A DNA stretch of 64,000 nt, taken from the sequence record MZ574431.2; one strand, given 5' to 3'. The notes under the pieces were generated by a model. The model had not been told where the DNA came from. It made no database searches and worked only from the letters and a program-made list of their open reading frames with translations. Each line of letters opens with the position of its first letter. Within the stretch, counting starts at the first letter, position 1. Positions 24,264-33,066 of this stretch are shown here, piece by piece. The position numbers were made by a program, and so were the translations under genes.

Positions 24264-26140
24264 CCGATGGTCTCCATGATGTTGTCTTCCTTGACCTTCA
24301 CCGCCTGGGCGATGCGGGCGTCCAGCGATCCGTTCGCCACAAGGTAGTAGATGAAAATCTTGTCGCTCAACTGGCCGATGCGGCAGACGCGGTCCTCGCA
24401 CTGCTCCATCATGGCCGGCGTCCAGTCGAGTTCGACGAAGGCCACGTCGGCGGCCTTGGTCAGGGTGTGGCCAACGCCCATGGCCGCGATGTTGCCGATG
24501 ATCACCCGGCAGCGGTCGGTCTGCTGGAACTTGTCGACCATCTTCTGACGGTCGCGCTGGGGCACCTTGCCGTAGATGTAGGCCGGGTCGTACTTCTTCA
24601 GGCCCTCGATCAGGGCCTCGACCACGTCGGTGTGGTAGGCGAAGACGACGAGCTTCTCGCCGCCGTCCAGGAACGTCTTGATCCAGTCGAGCGAGGCCTT
24701 GATCTTGGCCATGCCAAGTTCGCGGCGCACCAGGGCGATCTCTTCGAAATCGATCTTGACCGCCGGCGGGTCCAGACCCAGAACCGCCTGGGCGAAGTCC
24801 ATCTTCAGGACCCGCGCATCGGTCTTGTCGCCATCCTCGCCGAGCGCCGCGCCCAGGCCCAGAGCTTCGGCGCGCTCCATGATCATCTGGCCTTGGAAGG
24901 CCTCGAAGTCCTCGACGCTCTTGAAGACCTTTTCGGGGTCCGGCGCCGCCATCATGTGCTCGAACAGACGCAGGTTCTGCGCCAGTTCGTCTTCCTTGGT
25001 GACGAGGTCCCTGATCTCGGCGCTGTCGAGCGCCACGACCGTCCGCGTCTTGGGCGGAAGCTCCGGCAGCACGTCCTTCTTCAGGCGCCGGATCATGAAG
25101 GTGCGGCGCAGGCGCTCGCCCAGTTCCTTCAGATTGGTCGCGCCCTTGGTGTTGAGGCCGTGGTGCTCGCGGAAGGCGCCGCAATAGCGGTAGTAGAAGG
25201 CCTCCTCGTTGAGCCCCAGGCCCTTCGGGTCGAAGGCCTGGACGATGGGCCAGAACTCCGCCGGCCGGCTGAGCATGGGCGTGCCGGTCAGGAAGACGCG
25301 ACGCAGCGCATTGACGGGACGCCAATGCACCGCGCTGGGGCGGCCCTTCTTGCGGTCGGCCGCCTGGATGCCACCGCAGATGAACAGCGTCCGAAGGCTG
25401 TCGGGAGACTTGAACGCGTGAGCCTCGTCCGCCACCAGAAGGTGCCAGAAGCGGTCGCGGATTTTCTCCGAGAAGCGATCGAGGATTTCGTAGTTGATGA
25501 TCACGACGTCGGTATCGGGCCAGACGTCGGTGCGCTTGATGCGCTTGAACTTGGGCTTACCGTTCTTGAAGAAGCCGTCAGGAACCTTCTCGATGAAGCT
25601 CGCTTCGGCGATACCCACGCTCAAGCCTTGGGTCTGCCACTTCTCCCACTCGCGTCGCCAGTTCTCCTTCAGAGACGCGGGGACGACCACCAGGGCGTTC
25701 TTGATCGGGGTGTCGTCGTTCAGCACGCCGATGGCGTTGCCGGTCAAGATCGCCTGGATGGTCTTGCCCAGTCCCGGCTGATCGCCGATCAGGGTGTCCT
25801 TGCGCATCAGGGCGTACTCGACGCCGGCCTTCTGGAAGGGGAAGGCTGAAATGCCCGCGTCCTTCAGCGCCTGGGGGATGGGTGGCTCGAAAGCGGTCTC
25901 GGCCTTGTAGGAGCGCTCCAGGCTGTCTTCCGCATAGGCTTGGACCAGGGACGCGGCCGAGATCGCCGCTTCGGTCCAGGTCACGCCCTGGACGGCCGCA
26001 GCCATCTCAAGGTTCGCCGCCACCCAGGCTTTCGGACGCGACTGCATATCGAGCGTGAAGCCGGCGTCCTGCCAGATCAGCCGCTCGTCATAGGTTCCCA
26101 GGCCGATGAACCGCCCGTCGCGGTAATCGATTCTAGCCAT
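24260..26140 (-). CDS. SNF2-family (HARP-like) helicase/ATPase
   Basis: GDQPGLGKT, VVPASL, DEAH, LTGTP, GVGHTLT, QCEDRVCRIGQ. Confidence 0.92.
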   Translation of the reverse strand: MARIDYRDGRFIGLGTYDERLIWQDAGFTLDMQSRPKAWVAANLEMAAAVQGVTWTEAAISAASLVQAYAEDSLERSYKAETAFEPPIPQALKDAGISAFPFQKAGVEYALMRKDTLIGDQPGLGKTIQAILTGNAIGVLNDDTPIKNALVVVPASLKENWRREWEKWQTQGLSVGIAEASFIEKVPDGFFKNGKPKFKRIKRTDVWPDTDVVIINYEILDRFSEKIRDRFWHLLVADEAHAFKSPDSLRTLFICGGIQAADRKKGRPSAVHWRPVNALRRVFLTGTPMLSRPAEFWPIVQAFDPKGLGLNEEAFYYRYCGAFREHHGLNTKGATNLKELGERLRRTFMIRRLKKDVLPELPPKTRTVVALDSAEIRDLVTKEDELAQNLRLFEHMMAAPDPEKVFKSVEDFEAFQGQMIMERAEALGLGAALGEDGDKTDARVLKMDFAQAVLGLDPPAVKIDFEEIALVRRELGMAKIKASLDWIKTFLDGGEKLVVFAYHTDVVEALIEGLKKYDPAYIYGKVPQRDRQKMVDKFQQTDRCRVIIGNIAAMGVGHTLTKAADVAFVELDWTPAMMEQCEDRVCRIGQLSDKIFIYYLVANGSLDARIAQAVKVKEDNIMETIG

Positions 26141-26549
26141 GCAGCACCGCCGGGGCGCGGCCGGCCAGGATCAGCGCTTCAAGCTTGCCTTGCAGGTACT
26201 CGAAGGTGGTGGGCGCGGTGATCGCCATGCGCGCGCGGTTCGTACCGATGCCGGCCGAGGGCCACACCACGATCCCGCCCTGCTGGACATGCTTGAAGAG
26301 ACGCCGCATGTCCTCGTCGATCATCTTCTTCTGGGCCTCGGTTTCCAGCGGGGCCTCGACGAAGTACATCTCGCCTGGGGTGTATTTGGTGCGGACGCCG
26401 ACGGCGTTGGGCTCGCCGCGCAGTTCAGCGGCCTGACCGCCAAAACCCTTGCGAGCCACATTGTCACCGAACACGTATAGGACGAACGGATTGCGACGCG
26501 CGTCCTCGCGCTTGATGTGCTTCTGGAAAATGACGGGCATGGCCGCCAT
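26133..26549 (-). CDS. Conserved phage protein (YVFGDN...GGQA...EPNA motif)
   Basis: Motif seen in many large-phage proteins; function unknown. Confidence 0.65.
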   Translation of the reverse strand: MAAMPVIFQKHIKREDARRNPFVLYVFGDNVARKGFGGQAAELRGEPNAVGVRTKYTPGEMYFVEAPLETEAQKKMIDEDMRRLFKHVQQGGIVVWPSAGIGTNRARMAITAPTTFEYLQGKLEALILAGRAPAVLHG

Positions 26550-26655
26550 CTAGGCGTTAACCATGTTCCATGTCAAGAATTGCGTCACGGGGTCGTAGCA
26601 GGCGGCGCATGACAGAATCCTTGACATGTCAAGGCTTTTTTGCCATGTTTCTGAG

Positions 26656-26946
26656 ATGTCCTGTACCTGCCAGCAACCCGGCCCTAAGTCGGACCTGATC
26701 GAGATATACGATCGGGATGGCAACCGCTTGTTTTATGCGAGGAAGACGTGCCCCATCCACAACCTGATCCTCGCCGTGAGCGAGAGGACCGTTCCGCCGG
26801 ACGAGCCCTCGACCGAGTCGCCATCCACAAAGCCGTCCTCTGCGACGACACCCCCGATGGACGACTGGTCAAGCGTCCGAGCAACCGTGAGAAGGTCGAA
26901 CAAATTTGCCGGATCACCGGCGCCAAGCAATCCGACATCGACCTGA
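26656..26946 (+). CDS. Hypothetical Cys/His-containing protein
   Basis: MSCTC...CPIH; follows a TTGACA promoter at 26621; overlaps the next ORF. Confidence 0.45.
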   Translation: MSCTCQQPGPKSDLIEIYDRDGNRLFYARKTCPIHNLILAVSERTVPPDEPSTESPSTKPSSATTPPMDDWSSVRATVRRSNKFAGSPAPSNPTST

Positions 26947-27158
26947 CGATCGAGCCGTCCTTCGACCAATGGCTGCGCTCGATGGACGAGCAGAAGGCTG
27001 TCGCCGGCCTCTACATGTCCAGCTTGCGGGCCGACTATCACCGGCGCCTGTACGAGCCTCAAGAGGAGGCGGTCAACGAGTGGTGGAACGAGCAGTTCGA
27101 CAACATGCTCACCCTGCTCTACACCGGCGCGCCGCCGCCGCCCAAGCGACTGCACTGA
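26748..27158 (+). CDS. Hypothetical protein (start uncertain)
   Basis: Strong GC3 bias from about 26810 onward. Confidence 0.6.
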   Translation: MPHPQPDPRREREDRSAGRALDRVAIHKAVLCDDTPDGRLVKRPSNREKVEQICRITGAKQSDIDLTIEPSFDQWLRSMDEQKAVAGLYMSSLRADYHRRLYEPQEEAVNEWWNEQFDNMLTLLYTGAPPPPKRLH

Positions 27159-27559
27159 TGCCTACCCCGAAGAAGCACCTCATCCTCTACGCCGGTCACG
27201 ATCGCGGGTCCCTCAAGGCCCGCGTCGTTGGCACCTTCATGCGCTCGGGCCAGACGTTCAACGTCATCCATCCAGGCTACGACGCTCAGGGCCGCAGGCG
27301 CTCGACCTGGACCCAGGTCTGTGTCGATGATGTTCCGGTCTGGGAGTGGAAGCTGACGGCGCCGATCTCCACCGTCCTGGAGAACTTCGATCGCCTGATG
27401 TCCAAGTCGATCGGCAAGGACAAGAAGCTGCTCAAGGCCGCGATCCGGGCGACCCAGAACAATCGTCGCGATCGCTTCAAGGACGGCGTCTCGGGAGTGG
27501 AGCCCGCGCCGTCCCTGACGCTGGATGGCCGGACCCCCAGCCCGACCTACGTCGCCTAG
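27158..27559 (+). CDS. Hypothetical protein
   Basis: TGATG coupling. Confidence 0.65.
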   Translation: MPTPKKHLILYAGHDRGSLKARVVGTFMRSGQTFNVIHPGYDAQGRRRSTWTQVCVDDVPVWEWKLTAPISTVLENFDRLMSKSIGKDKKLLKAAIRATQNNRRDRFKDGVSGVEPAPSLTLDGRTPSPTYVA

Positions 27560-28257
27560 CGCGGCGGCGCCATCACGAAATCGCCGTTGAACTCCTGGAA
27601 GATGGAGTAGCCCCAGCCTTCCAGCAGGCGCAGTGCGTCCTGGTCGCCGATCTGGTAGCGCTTTGCCGCCACCTGCTTCTTCTGCTCGACCACGATCACT
27701 GGCTTCTCGCGCCGGATCGTCGCCTCGGCCCCCTCGACCACGAACTTTTCGAAGCCCTCGACATCGATCTTGATGAAATCGACGTCGCGGAAGGCGAAGT
27801 CGTCCAGGGGAACGATCTTCAGCGTGCCGGCGGGGTCGGGCTTGACGTGGGTCTTCAGCGTGGTGTCGGACTTGTGAACGAGGCTGACGGTCTGACGCTG
27901 AGCGCCAAGGCCGACGGGATAGCTGGTCACGTTCTCGAACCCTGTCTCGCCCGCGCCGGCCAGGATGGGCACGAAGGCGCGCAGATTGGCGTCGAAGCAC
28001 TCGGCCTTCTGTGGATCGGGATCGAAGGCGTGGACGTGCTCAAAACCGTGTTGCAGCAGTTGCATGGTCCACATGCCGATGTGGCTGCCAACGTCGATCG
28101 CCACGCGCCGCATGGGCGGCAGGGTCAAGGCCGCGTCCAGCTTTCGGTGCTGATAGGCCGGACGACCCAGGGCGACGCTTTCGTCCAGAAGCTCCTGCAA
28201 GCGCGTCTCGCGCTCGGGCACCCAATAGCCGTGAACCTGCTTCATCATCCGCTCCAA
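27556..28257 (-). CDS. FkbM-family SAM-dependent methyltransferase
   Basis: IDVGSHIG, DFIKIDVEGFE. Confidence 0.85.
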   Translation of the reverse strand: MERMMKQVHGYWVPERETRLQELLDESVALGRPAYQHRKLDAALTLPPMRRVAIDVGSHIGMWTMQLLQHGFEHVHAFDPDPQKAECFDANLRAFVPILAGAGETGFENVTSYPVGLGAQRQTVSLVHKSDTTLKTHVKPDPAGTLKIVPLDDFAFRDVDFIKIDVEGFEKFVVEGAEATIRREKPVIVVEQKKQVAAKRYQIGDQDALRLLEGWGYSIFQEFNGDFVMAPPR

Positions 28258-28407
28258 CGCGTGAACTCAGTGACGCCCTGAGTGACATGGCGTCACTCCT
28301 CCTGTCAAGGCGACGACCATCGTGGTTAATTCTACAAGAAAGTGGTTGACACCTGTCATGAAACCGCATAGCTCTGTGGTCCTCGATAGACACACGGAGA
28401 CACCCGT

Positions 28408-29184
28408 ATGCGAAAGACCAGCGATCCGACCTACCTGAGCCAGCTTCGCGCGCTCAACCGACCCTCGTCCCTGGCGACGCCGGTCGCGACCTCGCAGGCC
28501 GTCTCGAAGAAGGGCGCCTCCAGCCGAGCCCAGGTCCTCACGCCCGACCAGTTCCACGAGCTTCGCGGTCTGGTCGACGATGATTCCAAGACCCCTGAGC
28601 GCGATCTGGTCGGGGTTCTGCTGTCGTTCTACTGCGGCCTGCGCGCCCAGGAGATCGCCTATCTGGAATGGCATCGTCACATCCTCAACGCACGTGGCGG
28701 CTTCCGCACCGCGACGATCAACGGCGAGACCGTCAACGTCATCTTCATCTCGGGTGACATCGGCAAGCGCGGGCGCGAGCGGACCCTGCCCATGCCCGCT
28801 CCGCTTCTGGATGCGCTCAAGGCCCTGCGGCGCCTGCGCCCGACCGACGTCTACGTCTTCCACCGCCTGGACTGCCCGCCCGGCTATGGGCCTCTGACGG
28901 CCAACGCCGTGGCCCAGTGGTTCAAGCGCATCTATACCAAGTACGAGTACGAGGGCTGCTCCTCGCACAGCGGTCGACGCACGTTCATCACCCAGGCCGC
29001 CCGCCGCGCCCAAGCCTCGGGCTGTTCGCTGCGGGACGTCCAGGAGATGGCGGGCCACTCCAGCCTCGTGACGACCCAGACCTATATCGAGGTTTCCGAG
29101 CGCCAAGCCTCGCTGGTGGCGGGCCTCTACGACGACGCGCCCCGCCCGAGCCCGAGGTCGGCGCGCCAGCGGCAGGCGGCCTAA
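28408..29184 (+). CDS. Tyrosine recombinase (Xer/integrase family)
   Basis: GLRAQEI (Arg), K in GKRGRER, SHSGRR (HxxR), AGH...TTQTY (Tyr). Confidence 0.9.
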   Translation: MRKTSDPTYLSQLRALNRPSSLATPVATSQAVSKKGASSRAQVLTPDQFHELRGLVDDDSKTPERDLVGVLLSFYCGLRAQEIAYLEWHRHILNARGGFRTATINGETVNVIFISGDIGKRGRERTLPMPAPLLDALKALRRLRPTDVYVFHRLDCPPGYGPLTANAVAQWFKRIYTKYEYEGCSSHSGRRTFITQAARRAQASGCSLRDVQEMAGHSSLVTTQTYIEVSERQASLVAGLYDDAPRPSPRSARQRQAA

Positions 29185-29249
29185 GCCGCCCCGGAGGACG
29201 GGTGATCCCCGTCCTCCAACGCGTCGCCTTCGGTGTCACGTGACGCCGC

Positions 29250-29276
29250 AAATTTCCTGTGACGTAAATCTTGACA
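29250..29276 (+). promoter_or_regulatory. GTGACG-N6-TTGACA-family promoter
   Basis: AAATTTCCTGTGACGTAAATCTTGACA, preceded by palindrome GTCACGTGAC. Confidence 0.75.
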
Positions 29277-29349
29277 TGGGAGCGGGTTTGGTAAATGGTG
29301 CCACCCGCAGCGAGGACGTCCTAACGACGCCTCCCAGAAAAGTTCCCGC

Positions 29350-32300
29350 ATGTCCGATTTGCTCGATTTCGCTGGAGCCCTCACGGGGCTCTACGAAGGC
29401 CCGATCGCCTTCGACCTGAACGGTGAGCCGTTCCACGCCTCCGACGCCCAGGCCATCACCGCCAACGAAGGCGCCCTCTACATCCAAGCCCAGCAACCGG
29501 ACGGCACCGTGCCGTTCGTGTGGGGCATCCAGGACGAAGCAAGCCCCTCCGACTGGAATGGCTGCCGCCTGACGCCGACCGCTGTCCTGCACAAGGACGG
29601 CGTCCTGATCCTGTTCTGGGCGTTCGACACGCCCATGCCGGCCGAGGCCGCGACCTGGATCGAGACCGCCTTCGACATGTCCCTGACCGAACCGGTGCCC
29701 ACGCCGGGCGCCAACGGCTGGGAACTGGTGCGCCTGGACGCCGAGACCTTCTACACCTACGAGGACTTCGAGCGCGCTTATGGCGACCCGGCGCCGTCGG
29801 ACGGCGCGATCTACGCAGCCGTGTCCCAGGCCGACGCCGACAAGGCCCAAGCCGAGATCGAGGCCCTGGCCGCCGAGGTCCAGGCCGAACCCAAGCCCAA
29901 GAAGAAAGCCGCCGCCAAAAAGAAGGCCGACGTTAAGGTTAAGACGCCTGCGGTGGCCGAAGCGCCTCCGTGGGATGAGGAGCCGGCCAAGTACGGCGAC
30001 GCCGCCGTGCGTGCGCCCTATGACGAGACCAATCCGGCCCTTCAGCAGGACATCGTGGTCACGGTCGGCGCCAATGCCGAGACCTACAACTGGAAGCCAC
30101 AGACGCTGAAGCTCGGCGCGATGATGGCCATGCTCTGCTCCCACAAGGAGGGCAAGAAGGATGGTCTGGCCTGGGTGCTGGGCGACATGGTCGCCGGCAA
30201 GCGCGGCATCAACTCGGTCAAGACGCTGACGGCCGTGGGCCTGGACATCGACACCGGCATGAGCGGCAAGGACCTGGACAAGGCCCTTCAGAAGCTTGGC
30301 CTGATGGCGGTGCGCTACACCACCCACAGCCACATGAAGGCCCGCACCAAGGTCCGCAAGGACATCATCCTCAACTGGATCGACAAGAACTATCCGGGCC
30401 TGGAGATCGAGGACCCCGCCACGGTCCAGAAGTACCTGATCGAGGCCAAGAAGTACGAGCCCCAGGTCGTCGAGGGCGCCCAGATCGTCGACTACGATCA
30501 CTCCGATCGCGGGATCGAGGCGGTCATCGACCACATGCCGATGGCCAAGCACCGGATCGTGCTGCCGCTGGCCGTGCCCTACGACATCGCCAAGGAGTCC
30601 AAGGGCACCTCGCAAAAGGCGGCCCTGGAGAAGTGGCGCCTGATCCCCAAGGCCCTGGCGCGCGACCTGGGCGACCTGCCGATCGACAAGACCGGCAGCG
30701 ATCCCAACCGTCTGTTCTACCTGCCGCGCCACGACAAGAACGCGCCGTTCGAGATCAGCCTGTTTGGCGGCGATCTGCTGGACTGGACCACGATGCGTCT
30801 GGTCGACGAGGGCGAGGAACTCGAAAAGTTCCTCAACCAGGGCAAGTCCAAGTCGACGACCGCCGAGGGGCGTGAACTGGGCCGCTGGTCGCTCAAGCGC
30901 GCCCACGGCTTCCAAGTGGCCGACGTCATCCGCACCTTCGCCCCCGAGCGCATCCGCTCGGACACCGGGCTGAAGATCGAGATCGAGTGCCCGTTCGACG
31001 AGAACCACTCCAATCCGGGTGATCCCGACGATCGCGCCTGCATGGCCGTCAACGCCGGCGATGGGCCGAGCGAAATCTTCACCGTCTCGTGCCGCCACGA
31101 GTCGTGCCAGGATCGCACGAACCTGGACATGGTTGGCAAGATGGTCGCCGACGGCTGGTTCGACCGCGAGGACATCGACAAGGAGGACTTCAACGCCATT
31201 CTGGACGAGGACGACGCCCAGCCGGCGACGCCCGAGCAGACCAAGCGCATCGAGACCGCCGCGCGGATCGAGGCCGAGGACGAGGCGCGGGCGGAATATC
31301 AGGTCAAGGCCGACGCCATCACCAAGACCTCCTCGGCCGCTGAGATCGAGGACTGCCTGAAGACCATCCTCGAAGCCAACCTCTCGTCGATCGACGAGGC
31401 GCGGGCCGTGGAAGCCGTACAGAAGAAGGTCGGCCTGTCCTCGCCGCGCTTCAAGTCCGAACTCAACCGCATCAAGCGCGAACTGACGTCGAGCAAGAAC
31501 AAGAGCAAGGACGGCAAGCGCGTCCAACTCGACGACGGCAAGCGCGTGATGTTCACCTACTCGGGCGAGATCGACTTCCACGCGGCGACCGACGCCTGCT
31601 TCGACATCCTCAAGACCAAGAACGAGCAGGAGGGCGTGCCCCACTTCGCCTGCCTGGAGCAGCGGCCGGTTCGCCTGACGCACTCCAAGCTGGGGCGCAG
31701 CGCCTACAACGAAATCTCCTCGCGCACCCTGTGGTCGGAACTGAACAAGTACATCACCTTCGTTCGGTCCACCGACGACGGCTCGATCGGCGCGCGCGCC
31801 TCCGTGCCCAAGGAAGTCGGCGATCAGGTCTACGAGACCATGTACGAGGAACTGCCGCCGGCGCCAGAGATCATCTACACCCCGATCTACGACAGCAAGG
31901 GGCGCCTGATCTCCGAGCCGGGCTACTACGAGGACGAGAACCTCCTGATCCCGTCCCTGGACTTCGAAGTTCCCGAGGTCCCGGCCAAACCAACGCAGGA
32001 TGAAGTCGACGAGGCCGTCAGGCTCCTGGTCGACGAACTCCTGATCGACTTCCCGTTCTCCGACTACGACAGCAATGGCGTTGAGCGGAGCGAGCCGTCG
32101 CGGGCCAACGCCATGGCCATGATCCTGACGCCGTTCATGCGGCGCATGATCAATGGCTGCACCCCGGTGTTCTTCGTCTCCAAGCCGGTCCCCGGCACGG
32201 GCGGGACCTACCTCGGCAAGATTCCGATCCTCCTCTTCGACGGCGAAGAAGGGGCTCCGATGATCTACACCGAGAACCCTGACGAAATGGCCAAGGCGCT

Positions 32301-33057
32301 GCTCGCCGGCGCCCTGGCGGCCAAGTCGCACATGTTCTTCGACGACGTGAAGTCGTTCAACAACCGCGAGATCATGCGCGCGATCACCTCGACCCAGGTC
32401 GGCGGCCGGGTGCTGGGCGCGTCGCGCAACATCGAGGTCGCCAACCGCTTCAACTGGGTCGCCACCGGCAACAACCCCGACATCAAGCCGGAAATGGGCC
32501 GCCGCGTGGTCACGATCCGCCTCAACCTGAAGGAAGAGGAGATCAACACCCGCGTCTTCAAGGGCCACCCGGACCTGCACGGCTGGCTCAAGGAGAACCG
32601 CTCCCAGATCATCGGCGCCATCCTGACCCTGATCCAGCACTGGATGGTCAACACGGCCAAAAAGCCGTTCAAGACCCGCAAGCTCGCCTCCTTCGAGGAC
32701 TGGGCTGAGAAGGTTGGCGGCGTTCTGGAAGCGGCCGGCATCGACGGGTTCCTGGACAACCGCAAGGCGGCCGAGACCGACATCGACGAAGCCGCCACCC
32801 GCGCGCTGGTTCGTGACTGGTTCAAGAAGTACGCCGACAAGGCGGTCACGCCGAATGACCTGTTCAATCTGGCGGACGACACGGCCAGCGATCTGATTGA
32901 CGGTAACACTGAAGACAAGCGTACGCGCAACAAGTTCTTCAAGCACCTCAACCACATCGAAAACCGCCTGTTCAACCTGGGCAATGTCAAGGTCGTGGTC
33001 ATCAGGACTATCGATCAGGACAAGTCGCCTCACTTTATGCTCCAAGTCCAAGACTAG
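29350..33057 (+). CDS. Large primase/helicase-like replication protein
   Basis: Prim-pol-like LDID...RYTTHSH region, zinc motif CPF..H...CRHESC, C-terminal P-loop-like domain (PGTGGTYL, FFDDV, ATGNN). Confidence 0.7.
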   Translation: MSDLLDFAGALTGLYEGPIAFDLNGEPFHASDAQAITANEGALYIQAQQPDGTVPFVWGIQDEASPSDWNGCRLTPTAVLHKDGVLILFWAFDTPMPAEAATWIETAFDMSLTEPVPTPGANGWELVRLDAETFYTYEDFERAYGDPAPSDGAIYAAVSQADADKAQAEIEALAAEVQAEPKPKKKAAAKKKADVKVKTPAVAEAPPWDEEPAKYGDAAVRAPYDETNPALQQDIVVTVGANAETYNWKPQTLKLGAMMAMLCSHKEGKKDGLAWVLGDMVAGKRGINSVKTLTAVGLDIDTGMSGKDLDKALQKLGLMAVRYTTHSHMKARTKVRKDIILNWIDKNYPGLEIEDPATVQKYLIEAKKYEPQVVEGAQIVDYDHSDRGIEAVIDHMPMAKHRIVLPLAVPYDIAKESKGTSQKAALEKWRLIPKALARDLGDLPIDKTGSDPNRLFYLPRHDKNAPFEISLFGGDLLDWTTMRLVDEGEELEKFLNQGKSKSTTAEGRELGRWSLKRAHGFQVADVIRTFAPERIRSDTGLKIEIECPFDENHSNPGDPDDRACMAVNAGDGPSEIFTVSCRHESCQDRTNLDMVGKMVADGWFDREDIDKEDFNAILDEDDAQPATPEQTKRIETAARIEAEDEARAEYQVKADAITKTSSAAEIEDCLKTILEANLSSIDEARAVEAVQKKVGLSSPRFKSELNRIKRELTSSKNKSKDGKRVQLDDGKRVMFTYSGEIDFHAATDACFDILKTKNEQEGVPHFACLEQRPVRLTHSKLGRSAYNEISSRTLWSELNKYITFVRSTDDGSIGARASVPKEVGDQVYETMYEELPPAPEIIYTPIYDSKGRLISEPGYYEDENLLIPSLDFEVPEVPAKPTQDEVDEAVRLLVDELLIDFPFSDYDSNGVERSEPSRANAMAMILTPFMRRMINGCTPVFFVSKPVPGTGGTYLGKIPILLFDGEEGAPMIYTENPDEMAKALLAGALAAKSHMFFDDVKSFNNREIMRAITSTQVGGRVLGASRNIEVANRFNWVATGNNPDIKPEMGRRVVTIRLNLKEEEINTRVFKGHPDLHGWLKENRSQIIGAILTLIQHWMVNTAKKPFKTRKLASFEDWAEKVGGVLEAAGIDGFLDNRKAAETDIDEAATRALVRDWFKKYADKAVTPNDLFNLADDTASDLIDGNTEDKRTRNKFFKHLNHIENRLFNLGNVKVVVIRTIDQDKSPHFMLQVQD

Positions 33058-33066
33058 GATTTCCTC

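Noticed and set aside
28408-29184. Prophage or integrative-element boundary
   Set aside because: No att duplication, host genes or compositional break; both flanks share the same phage promoter motifs
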